64,000 nt of DNA from NCBI GenBank assembly GCA_963830865.1, contig CAWHNU010000007.1, forward strand, positions 229,315 through 293,314, given 5' to 3'. This document shows, piece after piece, positions 40,855-50,352 of this stretch. The stretch comes from an uncultured Acidimicrobiales bacterium. Its GTDB lineage: Bacteria; Actinomycetota; Acidimicrobiia; Acidimicrobiales; VFJN01. The first letter of the stretch is position 1; every line of letters starts with the position of its first letter. Below the pieces are notes generated by a model. That model saw nothing but the letters and a program-made list of their open reading frames with translations, made no database searches and was not told the origin of the DNA. Position numbers and translations under genes: made by a program.

Positions 40855-42882
40855 ACGAGCATCCTGGCATCGTCGGGCGTGAGCAGGTGCGGGGGCAGCT
40901 CGACGGTCGCCGTCGTCCCGCCGCCGAGCGAATTGTGGAGGCGGACGACGATGTCGTAGCGGGCGGCCAGGTTGCCGGTGACGAAGTGGCCCAAGTATTT
41001 GGACGGAGCGATCGTGAACGACTCGACGCCCGCGAGCCGGCGGTTGGCGGTGGCGATCTCATCGGCCGACATGCCGCGGCCGAAGTCGACGACGGCGAGG
41101 GTGTAGGCGCCCGCCCGGTCGGAGCGCGGAACCTGGCGCATGCCGTGGATCTGGACGACCTGGTCGCGCGGCGAGAACGCCAGGGCGTTCTCGATCAGCT
41201 CGGCCAGCAGGTGGCCGAGGGCGGCCGCAGCCGAGCCCTGGATGGCGACCGGCTCGACGCCCCGGATGGCGACGCGCTGGAAGTCCTCGACCTCGCCGAG
41301 GGCGGCGCGGATGACGTCGTCGAGGCGCACGGTGGCCGCGTAGGTGCGCGGCGGCCGCACGCCGGCCAGCACCAGCAGCGACTCGGCGTTGCGGCGCATG
41401 CGGGTGGCGAGGTGGTCGAGCTGGAACAGGTTGGCCAGCACGTCCGGGTTGGTCTCGTCGGACTCGAGCCGGGTGATGAGGTCGAGCTGGCGGCTGAGCA
41501 GGTTCTGGTTCCGGCGCCCGAGGTTCACGAAGCTGTCGGCGATGTTGCGGCGCAGCAGCGCCTGCTCGACCGCCAGCGCGAGCGCGGACTCCTGCACCGT
41601 GCTCAGCGCCTGGGCGACGTCGGCGACCTCGTCACGGGTGTCGATCGTGATCGGCTCCAGCTCGGGCACGACCACGTCCTCGCCCATCGGCGTGTCGAGC
41701 ACCTCGGCCACCGCGCTCGGCAGGAGCCGATCCGCCATGTCGGTGGCGTGCCGGGTGAGCGAGCGCAACGGCCGCGTGATCGAGAGCGACACGACGACCG
41801 CCAGGGCCAGGGCCGTGCCGAAGGTCGCAAAGACCATCAGCTCCAGGCGCCGCTGGCGCCCGGTCGCCGACGCGTTCAGCTCGTCCGCCCGGTCCTGGAG
41901 CGCGGCGGCGATCCCGTCCCGGTAGCCGATGTAGGCCTGGTCGAGCGGCATGTCGAGGTCGGACAGGAACACGCCCACGTTGACCTGGCCGGTCTCGAGG
42001 CCGCGGGTGGCCTCGGCGTCCATGGTGGCGGTGAACTCCTCGGGGAAGTGCTCCTGCGTGACCAGGGCGTAGCGGCCGGTCGCCGAGCGCAGGACGTCGG
42101 CCTGGCGGAGAAAGGCGGTGTGCAGCCGGGCCACCTTGGCGATCTCGGCGGCGCTGTTGATGCCGGGCTGGTCGTTGGGGCCGGTCGTGACCGTGGCGGG
42201 GAGCACGAGGGCGTTGGCGATCTGGGGGACGAGCTCCAACTGCCGGCTGACGGTGGCGTTGAGGCTGGCGCCCTCGCGCAGCTCGCGGTCGTCGGTGGCC
42301 AGCGAGATCCGGGTCATCCCGCCGAAGAAGGGCTCGATCAGTGCGGTGTACCGGTCGAAGTACGTGGTCGTGGGCCCGATGTTGTCGAGGGTGCGCGGGG
42401 CGCTCCCGGCCACCGCGTCGATCTCGGCGCGCAGCTGCCCCAGGTCGTCGAGGCCGGCCAGTGCGGGCTCGTACGTGTCGAGCGCCGTCTGGTCGCGCTG
42501 GGCGAGCTCGTCGCGGAGCTGGTCCAGTGCGGCGTCGGTGTCGGCGCGCGGTCTGCTCGAAGCCGACCACCTCCAGCGCGAGCTGGGCGTCGACGCCGAC
42601 GAGGTAGGCGGACATCCAGTTGCGCTCGTTCTGCAGGGCGGTGATCAGCCCGTTGGGGCCGATCGTCGCGGTGGCGAGCTCGGTCTGCTCGCGCACCGAG
42701 CGCGCATCGCGGGCGACGCTGCCGATCTCGGCCAGCGCCATCAGCCCCATCGCGATGAGCGGGACGGCGAGCGCGGCGGCGACCTTGACGCGGATGGGCA
42801 CCCGGAGCGCGTGCCGCGTCGTCTCTGCTGGGAGGACGGCTCGCGTGGAGCGCGGTCGTCGATTGGTAGGGCCCGCCTGCAT
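40851..42882 (-). CDS. Conservon CvnA-like membrane sensor kinase (NIT-like + HAMP + HATPase), frameshift near 42550
   Basis: LITALQNER, NLGRRNQNLL, LFQLDHLATRMRRNAESLLVLAG, AELIENA, DFGRGM. Confidence 0.82.
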
Positions 42883-42971
42883 TGTTCCCCCTGGTAGGCA
42901 AGCACGCTCTTCAACGCGAGGAGCGAGTTTACCTCGTAGGGATCTCACGTCGCGCCGTGCACTGTGCGCGC

Positions 42972-43013
42972 GGGGTGGGGTCACGAGGGCAGGGGGTGGG
43001 GTCACGAGGGTAG
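42972..43013. repeat. 21-bp G-rich tandem direct repeat
   Basis: GGGGTGGGGTCACGAGGG(C/T)AG twice. Confidence 0.7.
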
Positions 43014-43046
43014 GGGGTCGGCCCCGGCGCCGACCCCCTCTCCCTC
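43006..43046 (-). terminator. Hairpin after the CoA-lyase operon
   Basis: GAGGG.AGGGGGTCGGC / GCCGACCCCCT.CCCTC inverted repeat next to the stop codon. Confidence 0.55.
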
Positions 43047-43050
43047 GGCC

Positions 43051-43986
43051 CTACGGCCGGCGCTGCTCGATGAGGGCGGCGCGGTCGAGGGTGACCTGGA
43101 AGATGCGGGCGGTGGCGGCGTCGATCATCGTGCCGCCGAGGCTGGCGGCGCCCGCGCCGCCCTCCTCCGCGGCCTGGACCGCCTCGACCGCCTGACGGGC
43201 GCGCTCGACCTCGTCGGGCGTGGGGGCGAACACGTCGTTGGCGATGTCGATCTGGCTCGGGTGGATGGCCCACTTGCCGACGCAGCCGAGCGTGGCCGCC
43301 CAGGCCGCCTCCCGGCGGTAGCCGTCCGGGTTGCGGTAGTTGGCGTACGGCCCGTCGATGGCGTCGAGTGCGTGGGCGCGGGCAGCGACGATCATGCGGT
43401 TGCGGGCGTAGTGCCACATGTCGCCGGGATAGCGGTCGGAGGCCTCGCCGATGTGGCCGACCCGGATTCCCTGGCTGGCCGACAGGTCGCCCACGCCCAG
43501 GATCAGCGCCTCCAGCCGGGGCGAGCAGCCGGCGATCTCCTCGACGCGGGCCAGCGCCTGGGTCTCCTCGATCAGCACCTCGATGCCGATGCGGTGGTCG
43601 AGCCCGAGGTCGGCCTCCAACTGGCCGAGCAGCGTCTCGACGAACCACACGTCCCGGGGCGCGGTGACCTTCGGGACGATCACGACGTCGAGCACCGCGC
43701 CCGCCCGCCTGACCACCTCGATCAGGTCGCCGTGGGCCCAGCGGGTGTGGACGCCGTTGATCCGCACCGCGCGGGTCTTGGCCCCCCAGTCGTGGGCGAG
43801 GAGGGCGTCGGCGACCAGCGCCCGGGCGCCCGTCTTCTCGGCCGGGGCGACCGAGTCCTCCAGGTCGAGGAACACGAGGTCGGCGGTGCTCGCGGCCGCC
43901 TTGGCCATCATCTTCGGGCTGGTGCCGGGCGTGCTGAGCTCGGACCGGCGCAGCCGGGGGGCAGGGGAGGGGGAGGCGGCGCTCAC
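43051..43986 (-). CDS. CitE-family CoA ester lyase (malyl-/beta-methylmalyl-/citramalyl-CoA lyase-like)
   Basis: RRSELSTPG, FLDLEDSVAP, LIEE, GDLSAS, GKWAIHPSQI. Confidence 0.88.
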   Translation of the reverse strand: MSAASPSPAPRLRRSELSTPGTSPKMMAKAAASTADLVFLDLEDSVAPAEKTGARALVADALLAHDWGAKTRAVRINGVHTRWAHGDLIEVVRRAGAVLDVVIVPKVTAPRDVWFVETLLGQLEADLGLDHRIGIEVLIEETQALARVEEIAGCSPRLEALILGVGDLSASQGIRVGHIGEASDRYPGDMWHYARNRMIVAARAHALDAIDGPYANYRNPDGYRREAAWAATLGCVGKWAIHPSQIDIANDVFAPTPDEVERARQAVEAVQAAEEGGAGAASLGGTMIDAATARIFQVTLDRAALIEQRRP

Positions 43987-45177
43987 AGCCCGACCTCGGC
44001 CAGGACCTCGGCGGTGTGCTCGCCGAGGCGGGGCGGCCGCCGGTAGACGCCCGCCGGCGTGGCGGTCAGCTTGATCGGGGGCCCGGGCAGCACGACCGGC
44101 CGGCTGCCGTCGGGCTGGGGCACCTCGACGAGCATCGCCCGGGCGGCGACGTGGGGGTCGGCGAACACGGCGTCGGCGGCCTGCACCGGACCGACGGGGA
44201 CCCGGCCGCCCAGGGCCGTGACGACCTCGGCGCTCGGCCGCGTCGACGTCCACGCGGCGACCACCTCGCGGACCAACGCGGCGTTGGCCACCCGCTCCCG
44301 GTTGGTGCGGGTGCGGTCGTCGTCGACCAGATCGGGGCGGCCGATGACCTCGCACAGGATCGCCCAGTGCTTCTCGGTCGGGGCGGCGACGGCGCACGAG
44401 CCGTCGGCGGTGGGGAACAGGTCGAACGGGGCGAGGGCCGGGTGGCCGTTGCCCGTCGGCCGGCTCACCATCCCGGTGTAGCTGTAGCGGTAGACGATCG
44501 CCTCGCACAGCGCCAGCACGCCGTCGTACATGGCCACGTCGAGGAACTGCCCCTCCCCGGTGCGCCCGGCGTGCACGAGCGCCGCGGACACGCCGAGGGC
44601 GGCGAGGGTGGCCGGGTAGATGTCGCCCGACGCTGGGCCCGCAGCGGAAGGTGTCGCCCCCGGCGGTGCCGGTGACGGCGACGAGCCCGCCCATGGCCTG
44701 GGCGATGACGTCGTAGGCCGGCCAGTCCTGGTAGGGGCTCGCGCCGGTCCGGGGGTCGCCGAAACCTCGGATGGCCGCGTAGACCAGCCCGGGTCTCACC
44801 GCCCGCATCGCGTCGTAGCCGACGCCGAGGCCGTCCATGACGCCGGCCTTCGAGTTCTCGACGAACGCGTCCGCCCGTTCGACGAGCCGCAGCAGCGCGT
44901 CGCGGCCGTCGGCGGTCTTGAGGTCGAGCACGACGCTGCGCTTGTTGCGGTTGATGCTGGCGAAGTAGCCGCCGTACGCCCGCTCGCCGTCCTCCCGCGT
45001 GAACGGCCCGCCGTAGCGCGTCATGTCCCCGGCCGGCGGCTCGACCTTGACCACGTCCGCGCCGAGGTCGGCCAGCAGCATCGTGCAGAACGGCCCGGCC
45101 AGCGCCTGCGTGGCGTCGACGATCCGCAGGCCCGCCAGCGGGCCGGTCGGCCCGGGCGCCATCGCCGCCGGGCTCAC
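43983..45177 (-). CDS. Class III (CaiB/BaiF) CoA transferase, frameshift near 44630
   Basis: LAGPFCTMLLADLGADVVKVEP, NRNKRS, GEGQFLDVAM, PRLGEHT. Confidence 0.9.
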
Positions 45178-45632
45178 GGCCCGCCCCAGTGGCTGCGCCG
45201 CTTCACGAGCACCGTGCGCTCGCCCTCGAAGACGATCGTCCCCTCCTGGTTGGCGCCCCAGTGCCGGAACCGGACGAGGCCGGCGTCGTCGCGCTCGGCG
45301 CCCTCGACCGCCAGGACCTCGCTGAACGCGTAGAGCGTGTCGCCGTGGTGGACCGGCGCGGTGAACCGCAGGCCGTCGAGGCCGACCTCGGCGAGCGCGT
45401 GCTCGGCGGTGTCCTGGGTGGCGAGGCCGATGACGATCGACCCGGTGACGAGGCCGAACACCAGCCGACCCTCGCCCAGCGGCGAGCCGGCCATGGCCTG
45501 CTCGTTGAAGTGGGCCTGGGCGGTGTTGAGGACGAGCTTGGTCAGCAGCTGGCCCTCGACCTCGCCGACGGTCGTGCCCCGGGCGTGCCGCATCCGCTGG
45601 CCCGGCACGAAGTCCTCGATACCATCGCTCAT
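45174..45632 (-). CDS. MaoC-like dehydratase (resembles the C-terminal half of mesaconyl-CoA hydratase)
   Basis: EDFVPGQRMRH.RG.TV, NTAQAHFN, LVFG, PVHHGDTLYAFSEVL. Confidence 0.82.
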   Translation of the reverse strand: MSDGIEDFVPGQRMRHARGTTVGEVEGQLLTKLVLNTAQAHFNEQAMAGSPLGEGRLVFGLVTGSIVIGLATQDTAEHALAEVGLDGLRFTAPVHHGDTLYAFSEVLAVEGAERDDAGLVRFRHWGANQEGTIVFEGERTVLVKRRSHWGGP

Positions 45633-46821
45633 GCCGACTCCGACCCAGGATCCGGTCGGAGATCGTGCGGCGCTGGATCTCGGACGTGCCCTCGAAGATC
45701 GTGGTCAGGCGGGCGTCGCGCCAGTAGCGCTCGACCTGGCGCTCGGTCGTGTAGCCGTTGCCGCCGTGGATCTGGATGCCCTCGCCGGTGACCCGCACCG
45801 CCATCTCGGTCGCCACGAGCTTCGCCATGGCGGCCTCCTTCTCGACGTTGTGGCCGTCGTCCATGGCCTGGGCGACCTGCCAGGTGAGGGCGCGGGCGGC
45901 CTCGATCTCCGCGGCCATGTCGGCGATCTTGAACCGGATCGCCTGGAACGAGGCGATCGGCTGCTCGAACTGGACCCGCTCGCGGCTGTATGCGACCGAG
46001 TCCTCCAGCGCCCCCCGGGCCAACCCGATCGCCCGGGCCGCGGTGTGGACCCGGGCGACGTTGAGGCCCGACTGCGTGGCGGCGAAGGCCGAGCGGTCGC
46101 CGCCCCCGCCGCCCTCGCCGCCGCGGCCGAGGCGGTTGGCCTCGGGCACCCGGAGGCCGTCGAACCACAGGTGGAAGGTCGTCATCCCGTGGTAGCCGAC
46201 CTTGTCGATCGGCTCGCCGCGGAGGCCCGCCGGGAACGACCCCCGCTCCTTCTCGACGACGAAGACGGCCAGCCCGGCCGAGCGCCGCTCGCCGGGCCCG
46301 GGGTCGCGCACCCGGGCGAGCAGCTGGACGAAGTCGGCGGCCAGGGCGTTGCCGCACCAGCGCTTCTCGCCGTGGATCACCCACTCGTCGCCGTCGCGGG
46401 TGGCCCGGCACTGCACGTTGGCCAGGTCGGAGCCGGCACCCGGCTCGGACAGCGCGGCGGCGCCGATCCATTGGCCCCGGGCGCTGCGCTCGGCCAGCTC
46501 CCGCCGCCGGGCCGCGTCGCCGATCTGGGTGCCCATGCCCTGGGCCCGGGCGATGATCGAGGCCACGCTCATCCAGGCGCGGGCGAGCTCCTCGGCCACC
46601 AGGCAGTACTCGAACACCCCCAGGCCGAGCCCGCCGACCTCGGTCGGCAGCGTGATGCCGAACCAGCCCTCCTCGCCCATGCGGTCGAGGAACGACCGGG
46701 GGATGTCCTGCTTGCGGGGGTCGAGCTCGTTGGCGAGCGGCAGCACCTCGTCCCACGCGAAGCGCCGGGCCCGCTCCTGGAGCGCGCGCCGGTCGTCGGT
46801 CAGGCACCAGCTGAAGCTCAC
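45629..46821 (-). CDS. Acyl-CoA dehydrogenase, frameshift in the last codons
   Basis: ALSEPGAGSD, RVQFEQPI, QIHGGNGY, IFEGTSEIQ. Confidence 0.9.
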
Positions 46822-47354
46822 TCGGCGTCCTCCTTCGGGGGCCGGGCGCGGGCGACCAGGTTCGTCCGCCGGTAGTCGACCACCAGCTCGCCCCGCTGGT
46901 TGCGGCCCTCGGTGTGCCAGGTGACGATGCCCGAGCCCGGCCGGGACCGCGACCCGCGGGCGTCCACGACGGTGCTGCGGGCGGTGAGCGTGTCGCCCGC
47001 GTACACGGGCCGATGGAACGTGAGCCCGTCGAGCCCGAGGAACGGCCCGCCGGCCTCGCTGAGGTCCTCGACGCTCAGGCCGACGACGATGCACAGCACG
47101 AGCAGCGGGTTGACCACCACGTCCGGGTGGCCGTCGGCCCGCGCCGCCTCGGCGTCGAGGTAGAGCGGGTTGTAGGCGTGGGTGACCGACGTGAACAGCG
47201 AGTTGTCGCCGGCCGTGACCGTCTTGCCCCGCCCGTGCTCGAACAGCCGGCCCGGCTCGAACGCCTCGAACGGATTGCCGCGCCGGCGTGTCGGGAACGA
47301 CGACAGGTCGGGGGAACGCACTGTGCTGCTGATTCGCTCGCTGCGCTCGCTCAT
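46818..47354 (-). CDS. MaoC-like dehydratase (resembles the N-terminal half of mesaconyl-CoA hydratase)
   Basis: GNPFEAFEPG, KTVTAGDNSLF, NPLYLD, PVYAGDTL. Confidence 0.82.
   Translation of the reverse strand: MSERSERISSTVRSPDLSSFPTRRRGNPFEAFEPGRLFEHGRGKTVTAGDNSLFTSVTHAYNPLYLDAEAARADGHPDVVVNPLLVLCIVVGLSVEDLSEAGGPFLGLDGLTFHRPVYAGDTLTARSTVVDARGSRSRPGSGIVTWHTEGRNQRGELVVDYRRTNLVARARPPKEDAE
47319..47354 (-). repeat. 36-bp in-frame micro-element encoding MSERSERISSTV at an ATGA stop/start overlap
   Basis: ATGAGCGAGCGCAGCGAGCGAATCAGCAGCACAGTG with an internal AGCGAGCG repeat. Confidence 0.55.
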
Positions 47355-48682
47355 GCGGCCGCGCGCGCGATCTCGCGGGCGGGCGCCAGGCCGGCCACCG
47401 CAGTGTGCAGGGTGGCGGCGCGGTCCGGCCCGACGACCGGGGTGGCGAGCGCCCGGAACTTGGCGGACAGGCGGTCCCACTGGAGGTCGAGGTCCTCGGC
47501 CGGGCGGCCGGTGTCGTCCTCCGCCTCCAGTCGATCGCCGCGCCGTGTGGTCACGACGACGGTGGACCGCGTGGACGTGCGCCCGTCCTCGACCACGACG
47601 GCGACGCGATCGCGCAGGTCGACGAGATCGCGCTCGCCCATGCGGGCGTCGGAGTAGCTCGCCATGTCGGTGGTGTCGTCGCCGAGGAACGCCATCGCGG
47701 TGGTGGCCCGGAGGCTGAACTTGCCCTCCAGGCCGGTGGCCGGCTCGGCGATGTCGCACACCTCCAGCAGGTCGGGGGCCACGCGGACCTCGACCCGGGC
47801 GATCTCGTCCACGTCCACCCGGTCGGCCAGGGTCAGCGCCGCGTTGATCGACGCGTGCGTGAGGTAGCAGGCCGCGTGGTACTTGAACAGCGTTTCCCGG
47901 ATCGCCCAACGGTCCTCGAGCCGGTCGAGGCGCGCCGGGTTGGGCGTGACGCCCACGGTCGCGGCCGCCAGGCCCTGTGGCGCCTCCAGCACCGCGGGGT
48001 TGCCGGTGAAACCGCCCGCGGCCAGGCGCGCGGCCAGCAGCCCGTCACTGGCGGCCTTGCCGGCGTGCAGCGGCTTGGCCATCGTGCCGAAGCTCGCCTT
48101 GAGCCCGGCCGCCTGGGTGGCGGCCAGCGCCAGGGCGTGGGTAGTGCGCTCGGGGTCGAGGCCGAGCAGGTGCGCCACCGCCGCGGCCGCGCCGCAGCGT
48201 GCCCACCGTGCCCGTGGCGTGCCAGCCGGCGCCGTAGTGGCCCGGCGCCAGCAGCGCGCCGACGCGGCACTCGACCTCGATGCCCACGACGAGCGCGGCG
48301 AGCAGGCGCTCGCCCGAGGCGTCGATCTGCTCGGCCACGGCCAGCGCCGCGGGCAGCACCGGAGCGGTCGGGTGGCCGGGCATGCGGATGTGGGTGTCGT
48401 CGTAGTCGAGGGCGTGGCCGGCGGCGCCGTTGGCGAGCGCCGCACCGCGGGATCCGACTTCCGGCCCGCGCCGAGCACGGTGGCGGGCCCGTCGCCCGCC
48501 AGCTCGGCCCGCAGCAGCCGGGCCAGCGGCTCCCGGCTGCCGGCGAGCGCGCAGCCGCACCAGTCGAGCACGCAGTGGCGGCCGACCCAGGCCACCTCCG
48601 CCGGCAGGTCGTCGAACCCGACGCCGCTCCACCGCCCGGCCAGCCGGCCGAGGAGGGTGTCGGTCGCGGTCGCCGTGCCCAT
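47351..48682 (-). CDS. MmgE/PrpD family protein, with local frameshifts near 48200-48460
   Basis: NGAAGHALDYDDTH, GHP, GWHATG, FGTMAKPLHAG, KYHAAC, KFS. Confidence 0.88.
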   Translation of the reverse strand: MGTATATDTLLGRLAGRWSGVGFDDLPAEVAWVGRHCVLDWCGCALAGSREPLARLLRAELAGDGPATVLGAGRKSDPAVRRSPTAPPATPSTTTTPTSACPATRPLRCCPRRWPWPSRSTPRASACSPRSSWASRSSAASARCWRRATTAPAGTPRARWARCGAAAAVAHLLGLDPERTTHALALAATQAAGLKASFGTMAKPLHAGKAASDGLLAARLAAGGFTGNPAVLEAPQGLAAATVGVTPNPARLDRLEDRWAIRETLFKYHAACYLTHASINAALTLADRVDVDEIARVEVRVAPDLLEVCDIAEPATGLEGKFSLRATTAMAFLGDDTTDMASYSDARMGERDLVDLRDRVAVVVEDGRTSTRSTVVVTTRRGDRLEAEDDTGRPAEDLDLQWDRLSAKFRALATPVVGPDRAATLHTAVAGLAPAREIARAAA

Positions 48683-48695
48683 CGTGCGCCACCAT

Positions 48696-48716
48696 AAGGC
48701 GAACGTTGTTCGCCTT
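48696..48716. promoter_or_regulatory. Operator GCGAAC-N3-GTTCGC upstream of the prpD-like operon
   Basis: AAGGCGAAC-GTT-GTTCGCCTT with perfect 9-bp arms. Confidence 0.75.
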
Positions 48717-49447
48717 CAAGCGCTGCGGGGACCGGTGTGGAGTTCGGCGATGCCCGCGAGGATCGCCTGGAGTCCGAACTCGAACTCGTCCTCGCTGCGC
48801 TGCGTGGCGAGCACGTCGGCGTTGGCCACGACGGTCGGGAAGCGCTGCGGGTCCTGGTCGGCGAACAGCTCACGCAGCTGCCGGCGCTCGGCCGGCGTGC
48901 GGGCCGCGGCCCGCACGTCCAGCTGCACCGTCGCCACGATCCAGTGCTGGACGATGAGCTGCGTGCGCACGGCGTCGCTGGCCCGGAAGCCCTGGCGCAC
49001 CAGCATCGAGACGATGGCCTCGCGACCGAGCATCGAGGACGGGCCCAGCAGCTGGGCCGACGTGATGAGCGGCACGAAGGCCCGGTGGACCAGCAGGTGG
49101 GCACGGAAGTGCCGAGCCCACCACTCCAGCACCGCCCGCCAGTCGCCGGCCGGCGGTCGCTGGCGGGGGACCGAGCCGATCACGTGGTCGACCACCAGGG
49201 CGACGAGCTCGTCGCGGCCGGCCACGTGGCGATAGAGCGACGCGGGGCCGGTGGCGAGCCTCTCGGCCACGCGACGCATGGTCAGGGCCTCGTGGCCCTC
49301 GACCTGCACCACGTCGACGGCCCCGGCCACGATGCGCTCCAGCGTGATGCCGTCCTTGCGCGGCCGGCGCTCCGGCCGGGCACGCGACCGCTCGAGCCAC
49401 CACGGGGCCGAGCCCGGCCGGGGGGGTTCGCTCGCGGTCAGGGCCAC
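48716..49447 (-). CDS. TetR family regulator (TetR_C type)
   Basis: LTMRRVAERLATGPASLYRHV; EFEFGLQAILAG. Confidence 0.9.
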   Translation of the reverse strand: MALTASEPPRPGSAPWWLERSRARPERRPRKDGITLERIVAGAVDVVQVEGHEALTMRRVAERLATGPASLYRHVAGRDELVALVVDHVIGSVPRQRPPAGDWRAVLEWWARHFRAHLLVHRAFVPLITSAQLLGPSSMLGREAIVSMLVRQGFRASDAVRTQLIVQHWIVATVQLDVRAAARTPAERRQLRELFADQDPQRFPTVVANADVLATQRSEDEFEFGLQAILAGIAELHTGPRSA

Positions 49448-49468
49448 CGATGTGAGCGTACCGGTGTT

Positions 49469-49509
49469 GCGAACGCGGTTCGCATCATGCTAGAGCGAAC
49501 GCTGCTCGC
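49469..49509. promoter_or_regulatory. Two further GCGAAC-N3-G(T/C)TCGC operators
   Basis: GCGAACGCGGTTCGC (49469) and GCGAACGCTGCTCGC (49495). Confidence 0.7.
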
Positions 49510-49528
49510 GCATGGGTCTTCCGGGGTA

Positions 49529-50344
49529 ATGGTGATGACTGTGGGTCCTCCTCCCGACGCCGGCGATCTGTCGGTGGTCGTCGAGCGCGGGGTGGCGACG
49601 CTGTGGCTGAACCGCCCCGCCAAACGCAACGCCGTCACGTACGACATGTGGTGCGCCATCGCCCACCACTGCGGCCGGCTGGCGGGCGACCCCGCGGTGC
49701 GGGTCCTGGTCGTGCGGGGCGCGGGCGGCCACTTCTGCGCCGGCGCCGACATCGCCGAGCTGGGCGGGAACCATCACACCGACTACCAGGAGGTCAACCA
49801 GGCCGCGGAGGGTGCGCTCGCCGAATTCCCCAAGCCGACGCTCGCCGTCGTGACCGGCGCCTGCGTCGGCGGGGGCGTCGGGCTGGCGGCGGCGTGCGAC
49901 CTGCGCCTCGCCGACACGACGGCCCGCATCGGCATCACGCCGGCCGGGCTCGGACTCGTCCACCCAACCGCCGCGGTCGAGCGGGTGGTCCGCCTGGTCG
50001 GCCCGGCGGCGGCCAAGCACCTGCTGTTCACGGCCGAGCTGATCGACGCCGACCGCGCGGCACGGATCGGCCTGGTCGACGAGGTCCACGACCCGGCGGA
50101 GCTACCCCTGCGGGTGGCGGCGATGTCCGACCTCATCGCCCGCTGGCGCTCGCTGCTCAGCCAGATGGCCAGCAAGGAGATGGTCGACGCGGTCGCCACC
50201 CGGGGCGCCGTCGACCCGGCCATCAGCGCCCGCTGGCGCCGCGAGTTCGCGGCCAGCGCCGATCCCGCGGAGGGCATCGCCGCGTTCCTCGAACGCCGCG
50301 AGCCCCGCTTCACCTGGACGCCCGCGCCGAGCGACCCCGTCTGA
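49529..50344 (+). CDS. Enoyl-CoA hydratase/isomerase (crotonase family)
   Basis: LNRPAKRNA, FCAGADI, CVGGG, EGIAAFLERREPRF. Confidence 0.9.
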   Translation: MVMTVGPPPDAGDLSVVVERGVATLWLNRPAKRNAVTYDMWCAIAHHCGRLAGDPAVRVLVVRGAGGHFCAGADIAELGGNHHTDYQEVNQAAEGALAEFPKPTLAVVTGACVGGGVGLAAACDLRLADTTARIGITPAGLGLVHPTAAVERVVRLVGPAAAKHLLFTAELIDADRAARIGLVDEVHDPAELPLRVAAMSDLIARWRSLLSQMASKEMVDAVATRGAVDPAISARWRREFAASADPAEGIAAFLERREPRFTWTPAPSDPV

Positions 50345-50352
50345 GCCCGGCG

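Noticed and set aside
43051-47094. 1347-aa ACAD-CoA transferase-lyase megaprotein
   Set aside because: Read-through caused by frameshifts; the linkers are off-frame translations of separate genes with their own starts and stops
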